Positions 11,946 through 25,025 of a stretch of 64,000 nt of DNA are shown here, one piece after another; position 1 is the first letter of the stretch, and each line of letters starts with the position of its first letter. Position numbers and translations under genes: made by a program. The stretch covers positions 13,082,001 through 13,146,000 of the forward strand of contig NC_086097.1 of the NCBI RefSeq assembly GCF_963921235.1. The letters are read 5' to 3'. The notes under the pieces are model-generated. The model saw only the letters and a list, made by a program, of their open reading frames with translations. It ran no database searches and was not told where the DNA came from. The stretch is from Mobula hypostoma. Lineage: Eukaryota.

Positions 11946-13009
11946 TTTTATTTTACTTAACTTGTTAATCCATTTATATAACTGTTTTAATGTAACATTT
12001 TTAATGTTTTAATTATTTTAATTTAGATCATTTTGACCTCTTCATAAGTATTATTGATCATCAGAGATATTCAAAGATAATTGGTAGCAACAAGGTTAGT
12101 CTGAGGCGGGGCCTTGAGATTTGCTATTTGGTGCCTAAGTGAAGAACAGGAGGGTTTTGGACTCGGAACTGTTCCCTTGATGGGACAGGTGTCATAGCAA
12201 TGTCGCAATATCGCTTGGAACCTCAAGGCAGTAAAATCTGTGACCACAAATTTAGCATGGGCAGTAAGAATGTATGGTGGGATGGACCGAGTACATTCAA
12301 AGTCCAATGTAAATTCATTATAGAAGTATGTATAGTATATACAACCTTGAGGTTCATTTCTTTGCAGGCAGCCACAAAAAAAAATGAAACCAAAAGATTA
12401 ATTAAAAAATGTCTGCTGAACACCCAATGTGCAAAGAGAAAAAATACAAATTGTGCAAGTAATACAAACAAGCAAATAGCATTCAGAACGAAAGCCCATG
12501 AAAGAGAGTCTGCCCACAGACACAAAGCCAAAGTTTCGACCCATAATCCGTGGTCCATACCCTTTAAATAACTTCTATAAGAAAACAATTGTCCTTCTAT
12601 TTTTAATACTTCCTTTAATACAGCTTACTTTCATTGAGTTATGCTAATTTTTGATTACCCTGCTTGATGATTTTATGAAAACTTCTAAAATATCAGATTT
12701 CATTGTTCATCTACAAGTCTAGACCGAAAGAGAGTGAGGCAGAAGCTGACCACTTTTTGGAACGGCAATATTATCCTTCCATTATGTCCAAAGTCTTCCG
12801 TGTAATATGGCTGAATAAAGTCAAGAAGTCATGGAGTAAAGCAGCATAGAAACAGGCCATTCAGCCCAACTCATCCATGCCTTCCATGGTTCTCACCAAG
12901 CTAGCCTGAACTGCCAAGTTTGGCCACATCCCACTAAACCCCTCCTATTCATGTACTTATGTAAATGACCTTTGAATGTGGCTGAGAGAAAGCAGGTGCT
13001 ATATACTTG

Positions 13010-13332
13010 ATTTGCCTGTTATGCCGTTGGTGCTTAGAGCAGCAATGAAGCTCACCCATCTCCGTATGTCATGCTCAGATATAGAGTTTCCGTAATTGCT
13101 CATTGCTGTTTCCATAATAATTTATTTTGACCAATCAGAGTTGTTAGCCCTGAGCTGAAACCCTGAAGCTAGAGAACCAGTGGACCACTCTTAGTCAGGC
13201 CTCTACCCTTTGATCTGTTTTGCATGGGTGACCCTACCAAAAGTGAAAGCACAAGACACTGACTCCAGCCAACTTAGCTCTCCAGGTCATTGAGACACGA
13301 CAGCCTCCAAGCCACAACAAGGTTGTAATCCT
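13010..13332 (-). mobile_element. Internally deleted RTE (Rex3/Expander-like) non-autonomous element
   Basis: Minus strand starts accttgttgtggcttggagg...caatgacc...ggtagggtcacccatg (recalled Expander-type 5' UTR) and ends ttcattgctgctctaagcaccaacggcat (RTE-type 3' end). A similar 3' end lies at ~20355-20430. Confidence 0.55.
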
Positions 13333-14174
13333 TTTGGGGTAGGTGCTATATGCAATTTTGTTTTAATACTTGATACAAGAATTTTTTCCCATTATTTTGG
13401 ATATGTTTTTACAGCTTCTTGGCTTGTGCAACAGATTGGATATTTTCAAAGAAATACAATGGTCTGAGATGATATGGCTTGACATCGATGTATCACCATG
13501 GACATCAGCCAGATATAGTCCCAGACCACACTCTGTGAGTTATGCTGCATTAACCTCATTCAACCATTGTTCAGGACTCCAGCACGGTAACAATATCTGG
13601 AATAACATGACCTCACAGGAAGCTAAATTTCTGCAAGCCCTGCGAACAAAAGCTGAGTTCCAAAGTCTTACTGTTTGATCTGCACTGCAAGTCCAGTGCA
13701 CATCAATGATTGAAGTGCTGGCAGAAATGAATAGAGTTTGTCCTGTGTTGACCCCAGTTAAAATGTTTTATCAATTATAAATGCATCAGAGTTCCACAGT
13801 GTTCACTTCAAGCCTTAGCATGTTTCAGAGAATTGGAGAGGATTTACAGTTTGAAAGTACTGCTCAAAGCAGATTCTTACGCTATTTAGGAACATCCTTT
13901 GACCCCATGCTGTTGTTATGTTAAAATGTTTCTGGACCAGGCTGGTAAGGCAGAAAGACACATATTCCGCTTGCCTGTTTCAATACTGCAAATGTTCATT
14001 TATTAGGAGAAATTAGCAAGCATTTAAATACTTAGCTAGATATGAGTGGGCTCCTCGCTCTGCAGCAAACCTCCCACTCTGCCTGAGCTCTGGTGCCATT
14101 TGTGATCCAATCCATTGGTGAGGCCCTGAATACTTCCTCTAAGCCTCTGAGCACTCTACTTCTATGCACACACC

Positions 14175-14580
14175 ACTGAGGTATCCAGAACAGCTTCAAG
14201 GAGCGATGCCTCAAAAAGGTGGCGTCCATGTTTAAGGACGCTCATCACCCAGGTCATGCCTTGTTTCCATTGCCACCACCAGGAAAAAAGGTACAGAAGC
14301 TTGACTGAGAAATAATGATTCAATGATTCAGGAACAGTTTTTTTTTATCTCCCTCGGCCATCTGAATGGATGTTGAACCCATAAGCACTGCCTCACTGCT
14401 TTTTAATTTCTATTTTTGCACCACTTATTTAATTTAGCTGTGTTATATATATATACATATATAAAAATAAAATGTTTACTGTAATGCACATTTTTTCTAT
14501 TTATTGCATTGTACTGCTGCTGCAAAGGCAACACATTTCATGATGTACAGTATGCCAGTGATATTAAACCTGATTTTGAG
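14175..14580 (+). mobile_element. Rex1/Babar LINE 3' fragment
   Basis: FKERCLKKVASMFKDAHHPGHALFPLPPPG frame and cagtgatattaaacctgatt tail. Confidence 0.75.
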
Positions 14581-15671
14581 GAAAGGGTAATCAGAGGAAA
14601 GTATTACTGCTAGCAAATAGTTCATGCACCAGGATATGCAATTTTCAAGTGCTGGGCAAAGGATATAATCGCACAATGTTTTCCTTTCAATTGGCAAAAC
14701 CTAAGGCTAGTGGAAACAGAGCTAATGTTGCACTTTAAAACAAGAATGGAATGGAAATAAACAAAATACTGAAATAGTTTAGAAGAGCAGGTGGAGGGAA
14801 AACAGGGTCAATAGAGTCATAGACTGTCAGAACACTACAGCACAGAAACAGGCCCTTGCGCCGAATTAATACTTTACCTGTTCCCATCGACCTGCACCAG
14901 GACCCCTCCCATCCATGTATCTATCCAATTTTCTCTTAACTGTTGAAATCAAAACCACATCCACCATCTCTGCTGGCAGCTCATTCCACACTCACACCAC
15001 CCTCTGAGTGAAGAAAATCCTCATGTTCCCCTTAAACATGAGATGTCAAAGTGCTGGGATGGACAGTAGTTTTTTGATGGACTTGTCTATGAGGGCTTCG
15101 CTACTGCTTGCATGGTGGGTGGTGGGAGTTGATGCGATTGCTGGAACGTGAGGTGAATGAGAGGGATGATGCTTTAGCTGCTCCTTGTGCGTGGGAGGGG
15201 GAAGGGGTCTTTGGGGTTCTAATGTTTCCTGACGTTCATTCTTTGTGGTTTTTCAGTTTCGTGGGTGTCTGTGGAGAGTACAGATTGCAGGTTATATGCT
15301 GTTTACATTCTATGATATTAAGTTAACCATTGAATAACTGAAAATTACATTCTGGTGAAAGGTCATTTATCTGAAATATTAACCATATTTCTCTCTCCAC
15401 AGTTGCTGTCTGATTTGCTGTTCCAATATTCTCCATTTTTTTTTCCACATTTCAAGCATTTGCAGATTTTCTTTTTCAAAGAGTTGGCATCAGCGTTTTA
15501 AAAAATATGGAATTCTGTTGGGAATAAGCAGGAAAATAGGACTGGTGACAAAGCTGTACAGGAGGTAGTAGAACACAGTAGCCTGAATGACCTTTATCTG
15601 TGTTATTTAGATTGCCATTTAAGGACAGGTTTGCCACAAACACTCCTCATGGTTGAGTCGGTGGTAACTGC

Positions 15672-15748
15672 TGTGTGTGTGTGTATGTGTATATATGTAT
15701 ATGCATGTTTATATATGTATATGTGTGTATGTATGTGTATATATATAT
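15672..15748. repeat. Compound (TG)/(TA)/(TATG) microsatellite
   Basis: Read directly. Confidence 0.9.
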
Positions 15749-15934
15749 CGCAGAGAGGAACAACACATAAAAATACATCAACTGTATGTGCCATCACGCT
15801 GTCACGTGATACGTGCACGCACACCAAGCTTTAAGCAAAGACAAAGTTGGATCATCATTTCAGATTCCCATGTCTTCCTTTGAATAAGTTTAATGTTTTG
15901 AAGTTACAGAACGTAACAGTGAGCAGGGCAAATG

Positions 15935-17672
15935 AAATTTTAGCTTTCATTTAGATTAGAGAATAAAAGCAAATATGTAAAGTTGAGGCTCTCTAAGGCC
16001 ACACTTCGAGTATTGTGAGCAGTTTTTGCCCCGTTATCTAAGATATGATGTGCTGACATTAGAAAGGATCCAGAGGAGGTTCCAGGAATGAAAGGGTTAA
16101 CATATGATGAATATTTGATGGCTCTGGGCCTTTACTCTCTGGAGGTTAGAAGAATGAGGAGGATCTCTTTGAAATTTATTGAATACTGAAAGATCTAGAT
16201 AGAGTGAATGTGGAGAAGATGTTTCCTGTAAGTTCAAGTTCAAATTTGTTTAATTGTTATTCAACCATACATGAATAACTATGAATACAGCCAAACAAAA
16301 CAGTGGCCAAGGAGCAAAACACAGTACCAACAATCATACACAACAAGGCACACATAGTACATACAGTATAAGATATCAGTAAAATACAGACACACAAAAA
16401 AGTAGTCCAAGGCCCTGAATCCATGAGCGTTGCAGCAATCTGCAGTCAAACACATTATGGTTTATGTTCTGCCGAGTGAATACAGGGGAGCAGAACAGAT
16501 CCCAGCATAGATGCCACACCACACTGGCCCCTGCACTCTGATGGAGCGCACGCACTCCAACGCCTTTCTCCTGGATGGCTGTAAATGGGTCACACCGTGG
16601 CTTGAGACCTAGTGCTTGCTATCATAAGACCATAAGACATAGGAGCAGAGTTAGGCCATTCAGCCCATCGAGTCCACTCTGCCGTTTCATCATGGCTGAT
16701 CCCAGATCCCTTTCAATCCCACATACCTGCCCTCTCACCATATCCCTTGATGCCCTGACCAATTAGGAATCTATCAACTTCCCCTTTGAATATACCCATG
16801 GACTTGGCCTCCACCGCAGTCTGTGGCAGAGCATTCCACAGATTCACCACTCTTTGGCTTGAAAAAAATCCTCCTTACTTCTGTTCTAAAAGGTCACCCC
16901 ACAATTTTGAGGCTGTTCCTTCTAGCTCTGGATACCCCCACCAGAGGAAACATCCTCTCCACATCCACCTTATCTAGTCCTTTCAACTTCAGATAGGTTT
17001 CAATGAGATCCCCATGAGTTCTTCTAAATTCCAGTGAGTACAGGCCCAAAGCTGCCATAAGGGGTCCAAAACTGGTGACAATACTCCAAGTGCAGCCTGA
17101 CTACTGTCTTATAAAGATTCAGCATTATCTCCTTGTTTTTGTATTCTATTCCCCTTGAAATAAATGCCAACATTGCTTTGCCTTCTTTACCACAGACTCA
17201 ACCTGTGAATTAACCTTCTGAGAGTCTTGCACGAGGACTCCTAACTCCATTTGCACCTCTGATGTTTGAATTTTCTCCCCATTTAGATAATAGTCTGCAC
17301 TATTATTCCTTTTACCAAAATGCATTATCATACATTTCCCAATCATACCCAGGCCATGCAGCTTCTCTGCTAACCCATGGTGGAGGAGTCTAGGATTAGA
17401 GGGCACAGCCTCAGAATAGAGGGGCATCCATTTAGAATAGATGAGCAGGAATTTAGCCAGAGGCTAGTGAATCTGTGGAATTCACAAAGGTGGTTATGGA
17501 GGCCAAGTCAGTGGTATATTTAAAGTGGAGGTTGATAGGCTCTTTTGATTAATCAGAGCATCAAAGGTTATGGGGAGAAGGCAAGAAAATGGGGTTGAGG
17601 GGGATAATGAATCAGCCACGATAGAATGGTGGAGCTAAATGGAATAATTCAGCTCCTATGTCTTAAGGTCTT
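15935..17672 (+). mobile_element. CR1 LINE 3' fragment (15935-16230 and ~17377-17672) split by nested elements
   Basis: RPHFEYCEQF-type frame breaks at gatgtttcctgta and resumes at atggtggaggagtctagg. Confidence 0.75.
16621..17345 (-). mobile_element. CR1 LINE 3' fragment nested within a LINE-tail repeat
   Basis: ORF 17146-17427 (MHFGKRN...YYLNGE..LGVLVQ) and CR1 3' end. Short duplication atcata at both ends. Confidence 0.85.
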
Positions 17673-17887
17673 AAGTTCAGTGTTCACAGTATTTTCCAAG
17701 AAAGGCATTGCCAAATAGAGGTAATTGATAGAGTTATACAAGCTGAAAGAGGCATGGCTAGATTGGACATCCAAAGACTTTTATCCCAGGGCAGAAATGA
17801 TTAATACGAGGGGGCAGGATTTAAAGGTGATTGGAGGAAAGTATAGAGGGATATCAGAAGTAGGTTTTTTATACAGAGAGTGGTAGG

Positions 17888-18387
17888 TACGGTAATGTGT
17901 AGAAGTCTCGGGCACACACATATAGCTAGGGTCCCTAAGACTTTTGCACAGTACTGCAGCTGCAAAAAAATACGACTAATTTCATGATGTGTGAGTGATG
18001 ATAAACCTGATTCTGATATGGGTCTCTATGGTGGACTGAGAGTGTGAAGGGAGAAGGGAGAGGGGAATCACGGTTGGGAAAAGGGGAAGGGGGAGAGAAG
18101 GGAGTGGGAAGCACCAGAGAGACATTCTGTAATGAACAATACACCAATTATTTGGAGTCAAGTTACCTTGCCTGGTGTCTTCGAGCTGGGTGTGTCTGCA
18201 CCGCAACACCCCCTGCCCTGGCACTCCTTCTCTGCAATTTGTCCCACACCCCTTCCCTGACACTCCACCCTCACAATTCCCAACAAACTCTTCTCCTGTC
18301 AGATTTACAAACTCGCACTGCACTCCACATTAACAAATACAGCACAGTGCCAAAGTTTTAGGCACCCTAACCTTTCGCACAGTATTG
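17888..18387 (-). mobile_element. Non-autonomous Tc1/mariner-type composite element (complete copy 2)
   Basis: TIR hairpins at both ends (17888-17956, 18338-18387). Inserted at a TA in a CR1 3' fragment (gagagtggtaggta | ... | acatggaatg). Confidence 0.8.
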
Positions 18388-20473
18388 AACATGGAATGTC
18401 ATGGGTGTTGGTAGAGCCAAGTACATTTGGGACATTTAAAAGACACTCAGATAGTCACATGGATGAAGGTAAAAAGCTGGGCCATGTGGAAGGGAAGGGT
18501 TAGATTGATCTTTGTGTAGGTTAAAAGATCAGCACAACATTATGTTCCAAAGGGCCTGTACTGTGTTGTACTGTTCTACAGTGTGTTCTATGTTCTAATG
18601 TGGCTTGACATTATTCAAAAATAAAAACTTCCTTCCATTGTTTTTGTCACACAGACTGAAGTGATTTGGATGCTGTCAGTGGGAGAACAATCTGTGCAAG
18701 CTACCATGGGTGGGTTGGTATCTCTGCTCCCCTCGGATGTGGTCACCTATTTAGTGGCACCACTCAAAGACAGCTTCTGAGCAAATGAGGGAAAAAAAGG
18801 AAAAGTTCAATGGTGACTTTGCAAGTGTTTCCAGATCTAAGATCTTGTGTGTCTGCCAAATGAACCCACTGTGACTTTCCTCCCTCTGTGGCTATCATGT
18901 TTAACTCCTCTGACTCTGTTCCTCCTCTGACAGGGAAGTTGGGAGAACAAGGGTTCAGACGCTGATTCTGTCCCTAAGGGTAAATCCCACACACTCCTTT
19001 CATGTCTATAGAGCTCACAGGTCAATAACTGGGGCTAAAGTTACACTGCACTAGATTGTTTCTCCATAGCTCCCTACTAGGTGCTGATATGGGTAAATTT
19101 ACTCTCAACTCGAATGGAGAGAGGGATGAGTATTTACTGAGGAACTGCATAACCTCATCTCTTCATACTGGCTCTCTCCACTCTACACTACCTAGAGGCC
19201 TGGGTTTAATTTAATTTACTCTGTTTTAATTTACTTGCAGATACATAGAGCATAGAACTACACAGCACAGAAACAGGCCTTTCAACCCATAGTGGAGAGC
19301 AGAACCCATTAAAAAGCAAATCCGCAGCACTCAAACACGAATCCCTCCCACCTACACCATATCCGTATCCTTCCATCTTCCTCAAACCCATGTGTAATCT
19401 CTTAAAAGCCTCCAATATATTTGCCTCTCCCACCATATCTACCAGGCAGCACATTCCAGGCATCTACAACTCTCGGAGTAAAAGACTAATACTAGGGGAC
19501 ATGCACTAAAGGTAGGTAGGTTCAAAGGGGATGTAAGGAGTAAGTTTTTTAACCTTGGGAAACTGGTACACTCTATCTATGTCTCCCATAATCTTGTAAA
19601 CCTCTATCAGATCTCCCCTCAGCCTCTGGCACTCCAGAGAAAACAGCCCAGTGGAGTAACAGGCTCTTCTGACCTCATGTGCCCATGCTGCCCAATCACG
19701 CTCAGGTAACCAATTAACTTACTAACCTGTACGTCTTTTACTTCAGACTAACTAATCTATGCCAACAAGGATGTCTACCTAAGTCAATCCCATTTGCCTG
19801 CACATGAGCCATACCTCTCCAAGCCTTTCCTGCTGCTCAAGTGTAGTTTTAAAAATTGTAGCTGCCTCCTCCTCTGGTAGATGGTTCCATTTGTCCATCA
19901 AAAGAAAGCATCATCCATCATCAATGACTGCCACCTTAGGGAGAGTGCTCTCTTTTCGCCGTTGCCATCGAAAAGGAGGTACAGGAGCTTTGGGTCCTAC
20001 ACCACCAGGTTCAGGAACAATTGACCTGCTTTTTGCTGGTTCAGCACAACATTGTGGGCCGGAAAGCCTGTTCCTGTGCTGTGCTGTACTGTTCTATGCT
20101 CTGTGTAGTTACTACCCTTCAGGCTCCTGAACCAGCATGGATAACCTCACACGCTACTATAGTGAGATGATCTCACAACCTCAGGGACTCTACAACTCAC
20201 GTTCTAAGTACTTACTTAATTATTTATCTTTGTATTTGGACTGTTCGTCTTTTGCGCATTGGTTGCTTGTCTGACTTTGTTTATGTGCTCTTTTTCATTG
20301 ATTCTATTTTATTTCTTTGTTCCAGTGTGATTCTCTCCTCTCGCTTTTTTTCCTGTTGCTCTGCTGGTGTTTAGGGCAGCAATAAAGGTCTTCCATCTCT
20401 GGAGGTGTTCACAGTTTCCTTCATCGTATCATTAGCTTCATGGTTGTGGTACTCTTGGAGGTCTACTGTGAAT

Positions 20474-21108
20474 GTATACCTGGGGATACGAATTGACAAT
20501 AAACTGGACTGGTCAAAGAACACTGAGGCTGTCTACAAGAAGGGTCAGAACCGTCTCTATTTCCTGAGGAGACTGCGATCCTTTAACATCTGCCGGACAA
20601 TGCTGAGGATGTTCTATGAGTCTGTGGTGGCCAGTGCTATCACGTTTGCTGTTGTGTGCTGGGGCAGCAGGCTGAGGGTAGCACGCACCAACAGAATCAA
20701 CAAACTCATTCGTAAGGCCAGTGATTTGTGGGGATGGAACTGGACTCTCTGACGGGGGTGTCTGAAAAGAGGATGCTGTCCAAGTTGCATGCCATCTTGG
20801 ACAATGTCTCCCATCCACTACATAATGTACTGGTTGGGCACAGGAGTACATTCAGCCAGAGACTCATTCCACCGAGATGCAGCACAGAGCGTCATAGGAA
20901 GTCATTCCTTTCTGTGGCCATCAAACTTTACAACTCCTCCCTTGGAGGGTCAGACATCCTGAGCCAATAGGCTGGTCCTGGACTTATTTCCTGGCATAAT
21001 TTACATATTACTGTTTAACTATTTATGGTTTTATTACTATTTAATTATTTATGGTGCAACTGTAACGAAAACCAATTTCCCCGGGATCAATAAAGTATGA
21101 CTATGACT
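20474..21108 (+). mobile_element. Rex1/Babar LINE 3' end, young subfamily
   Basis: YLGIRIDNKLDWSKNT..RLYFLRRLRSFNI..ESVVASAI and HPLH..TERHRKSF..AIKLYN. Tail aataaag(tatgac)n. Near-identical to 47985-48500. Confidence 0.92.
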
Positions 21109-22864
21109 AATGCCTGCAAGAAAATGAATGTCAGAGTTGTATATGGTGACATATAAGTACTTTGATAATAAATTTACTTTCAACTTTCAACTTTGAACAT
21201 AGAGTCGAAGAGTCATACAGTGATACAAAAAATGGGATTGACTGTCATCCTGTAAATTTGGGACATGAATAAAAGGTTATATTTTATTTTGGTGTTAATA
21301 AGTAACGCCAATTGAAATTGGGAGCTTGAGACCGCATGGGTTCTTAGAGCAATTTGGTAGTTCAACCATTCTTATTAATTCCAGACTATTTAAGAAATTG
21401 ACTTTAAATTTCATAGTGGAGTTCAAAATCTGTTCTTTTGATACCTGTATTCCACCTACCAAGTTCACTAATCCAAGTACAATGTAACCATATTCCCACA
21501 TTCAGCAAACAAATTTAACTTCTTTCCAAAAGAACATGCTGGCATTCAATTTTAAAAAAAATTAAATGTTGTTTGTGAGTTCCCTGACAGGAAAAAAAAT
21601 ATCCACACAACCAAACAAAACTTCTTAGTTTTTCATGCTGAGGGTGGAAATTTGATGTTTACTTGCTATGTTTCAGCTCCCTAAACATCTCACTAATCAT
21701 GAAGTGACACAGGACCTTCAAGTGTGGCAAGCAGAGATTCTCCAAAAGAATGTTTTATCTCAGAAATATGGAGACAGATGCACCCTGAGTTAATATTATG
21801 TTTAAAATGCTTTTGTGGCTGCTTCCCTCCAATTCTAGGCCCAGAGATCAGACAAGTGTTAAAAATCGTCTTGCTGGAAGCTTCTCACTTGTTTCAAGGG
21901 CTCTGTCTGTTCATCGCAGACTGGGCATTGGCAAAATGTGGACGCCCAACACTAGAGTCTTCCTGCCAGGAGACCCCAGAGCATCCAAGTATTGGAGGAA
22001 CTCAGGAGTTTAATGATATTGAAATGAATTGACCTTCAACCACAGTTACAACTGTTCAAGTTCAAGTTTGAGTTTCTTGTCATTCAATGGTTCATATGTA
22101 CGCTGCCAAATGAAACAATGTTCACCTGGACCAAGGTGCACAGCACAGTGCAAGTAACTCACACACAGCACATAGAGTAACCGTATCACAGATAAATTAA
22201 CAAATAATATGGTGCATTTACAACACAAGTTAAAAAGTAAACAGTATAATGCTACCTGATGAGACCTGGATGGTTGCAGGGAATTCAGTATCTCGCAGTT
22301 TGGGGGAAGAAGCTAATTCCCATCCTAACTGTTTTTTTCCAAGTGCAACAGCACATTCTGCCAGATGGTTGGGGGTCAGAGAGATTGCTGAACAACTGGG
22401 AGGTATCATTGTCAATGCTAAGAGCCCTGTGTATGTGGTGGACTGGATAATTATCTCAGATGGATGAAAAAGTTCCTATTCCTTTTGCACCTTTAACACT
22501 GCAGAAGCTACCCTATGTCCTTCATTGAAGCAATATGAAACCAAAATCTGACCAAACTGCAGGGAGCAACATAGGAATTAACAAACGCTTCAACAAAGAA
22601 ATAGGTTGTAAGTATCTTCAGGGAAGAAGACTTGGTGGGGAGGTTTAGAGAGGGAGTCCTCGTTTTTAGGCACATAAATAAAATACGGGAGAAACTTTGT
22701 GGGTCAGGCAACATCTAAGGAGGGGAATGGACAGTCAGTGTATTTGGTCAAGGATTTTAATCTGAAATTAATGATAGAGGGAAGATAGCCAGTTTAAAGA
22801 GGTGAAGGGGACAAAGAGAGTAGGTGTTAGATGGATCCATGTAAGAGTGTGATAGACAGATGGA

Positions 22865-24345
22865 TGTGCTGACATTGGACAGAGTCCAAAGGAGGTTCAC
22901 AAAAATAATTCTGGGATTGAAAGGCTTGTCACATGAGGAGCGTTTGATGGCTCTGTGTGTCCGCTCGCTGGAATTCAGAAGAATGACCTCATTGAAACTT
23001 ATCAAAAATGTTGAAAAACTTTGATAGCATGGATTTGGGGAGGATGTTTCCTATGATGTGGGAGTCTAGGAACAGACAACACTGCCTCAGAATAGAGAGG
23101 CATCCTTTTAGAATGGAGATGAGAAATCCCTTTAGCCAGAGAGTGGTGATTCTGTTGAATTTGTTGCCACAGCTGGCTGTAGAGGTATAGCCATTAGATA
23201 TATTTATACTTTATTGTCGCCAAACAATTGATACTAGAACGTAAAATCATCACAGCGATATTTGTTTCTGTGCTTGCCGTTCCCTGGATTACAAATCGAT
23301 AGTAAATATTAAAAGTTTAAATTATAAATCATAAATAGAAAATAGAAAAATGGAAAGTAAGGTAGTGCAAAAAAACCAAGAGACAGGTCCGGATATTTGG
23401 AGGGTACGGCCCAGATCCGGGTCAGGATCCATTCAGCAGTCTTATCAAAGTTGAAAAGAAGCTGTTCCCAAACCTGGCTGTACGAGTCTTCAAGCTCCTG
23501 AGCCTTCTCCCGGAGGGAAGAGGGATGAAAAGTGTGTTGGCTGGGTGGGTCGTGTCCTTGATTATCCTGGCAGCACTGCTCCGACAGCGTGCGGGGTAAA
23601 ATGAGTCCAAGGACGGAAGATTGGTTTGTGTGATGTGCTGCTCCGTGTTCACAATCTTCTGCAGCTTCTTCCGGTCTTGGACAGGACAACTTCCATACCA
23701 GGTTGTGATGCACCCTGGAAGAATGCTTTCTACGGTGCATCTATAAAAATTAGTAAGAGTTTTAGGGGACAGGCCAAATTTCTTTAGTTTTCTTAGGAAG
23801 TAAAGGCGCTGGTGGGCCTTCTTGGCAGTGGACTCTGCTTGGTTGGACCAAGTCAGGTCATTTGTGATATTGACCCCGAAGAACTTAAAGTTTTTGACCT
23901 GTTCCACTTGTGCACCACCGATGTAAATGGGGTAGTGCGGTCCGCTATTCCTTCTGAAGTCAACAACCAATTCCTTCATCTTGCTGACGTTGAGGGATAG
24001 GTTCGCACCATGCCGCCAGGTTCTTAATTACCTCTCTGTACTCAAACTCATCATTACCTGAGATACGGCCTACAATTGTGTCATCAGCAAACTTATATAT
24101 TGAGTTTGATGGAAACTTCCTACACAATCATGGGTGTACAGTGAGTACAGCAGGGGGCTGAGTACACAGCCTTGTGGGGCACCGGTGCTCAGAGTAAGGC
24201 AGTGGTTGATAGATTCTTGATTAGCTAGGGCATGAAGGGATATGGGGGATGGCAGGAGACTGAAGTTGAGAGGGGAAATGAATTGCAGAGCAGACTCGAT
24301 GCTCCAAATGGCCTAATTATGCTCCTATATCTTATGGTCTTATGG
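22865..24345 (+). mobile_element. CR1 LINE 3' fragment split by a Rex insertion
   Basis: DVLTLDRVQRRFT frame and ORF 23008 (FSQRVVILLNLLPQ). Resumes at ~24195 with taaggcagtggttgatag. Confidence 0.75.
23203..24193 (-). mobile_element. Rex1/Babar LINE 3' ~1 kb (RT C-terminus)
   Basis: ORF 23422-23979 KELVVDFRR..KKAHQRLYFLRKL..LPSGRRLRSLKTRTARFGNSFF. Upstream [12 protein letters not shown] and KFADDT are readable. Same subfamily as 61990-62310. Confidence 0.94.
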
Positions 24346-24371
24346 AGGAAGGGAGAGATTCAGTATCACAG

Positions 24372-24600
24372 GTCTGGGCGCTCAGAGTTCAGAGTTAAAT
24401 TTTGGCACTGTCAGAAAGAAGTTTGTATGTTCTCCCCATGATCGCCTAGGTTTCCTCTGAGTCATCCAGCTTCCTCCTACAGTCCAAAGACATTCCCATT
24501 AGGAGGTAGGTTAATTGGTTATTGTAAATTGGGGGATTGTTAGGTGGCGCAGCTTAAAGGGCCAAAAGGGTCTATACTGCACTTTATCTCAATATATAAA
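24372..24600 (+). mobile_element. V-SINE, degenerate
   Basis: gaagtttgtatgttctcccc...cttcctcctacagtccaaagac V-domain. Confidence 0.7.
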
Positions 24601-24609
24601 ATTTTTTTA

Positions 24610-25025
24610 AATGCTGGTGAAACTCAGCAGGTCAGGCAGCATCTACGGAAAGGAATAAACAATCAAAGTGTTGGGCTGAGACCCTTCATCAGGAAACCGG
24701 CAGGAGAGCGGGGGCCCAATGTAAGAAGTGTGTGGGTGATGGGCAGATAGAATAGATCGAGGAGGGGTCAGAAACAGAGTAACTGGGGCTGGGTGGATGT
24801 GGGATGAACTGGCTCGATCAGGAGCAGAGAGAAAAGGGACGGGGCAGGCAGCGTATGTCACATCAGTTCAATGAACATTTCAATTCATTAAGCTGATGAC
24901 GGTTCTCGGCCCAAAACATCAACTGTTGGTTCATTTCCTTAGATGCTACCTAACCTGCTGAGCTCCTCCAGTATTTTGCGTGTGTAGCTCTGGATTTCCA
25001 GCATCTCAGAACCTCTTGTGTTTCA
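24610..25025. mobile_element. Penelope terminal fragments in inverted arrangement with decayed hammerheads
   Basis: Minus piece ~24610-24695 and plus piece ~24890-25025 (ctgatgacggttctcggcccaaaacatc). Confidence 0.7.

Noticed and set aside
13370..13678. 102-aa ORF with possible AG/GT splice sites
   Set aside because: No recognisable protein family; length is within chance expectation.
22249..22467. ORF containing VREIAEQLGG (HTH-like)
   Set aside because: Short isolated resemblance with no supporting motifs or exon structure.
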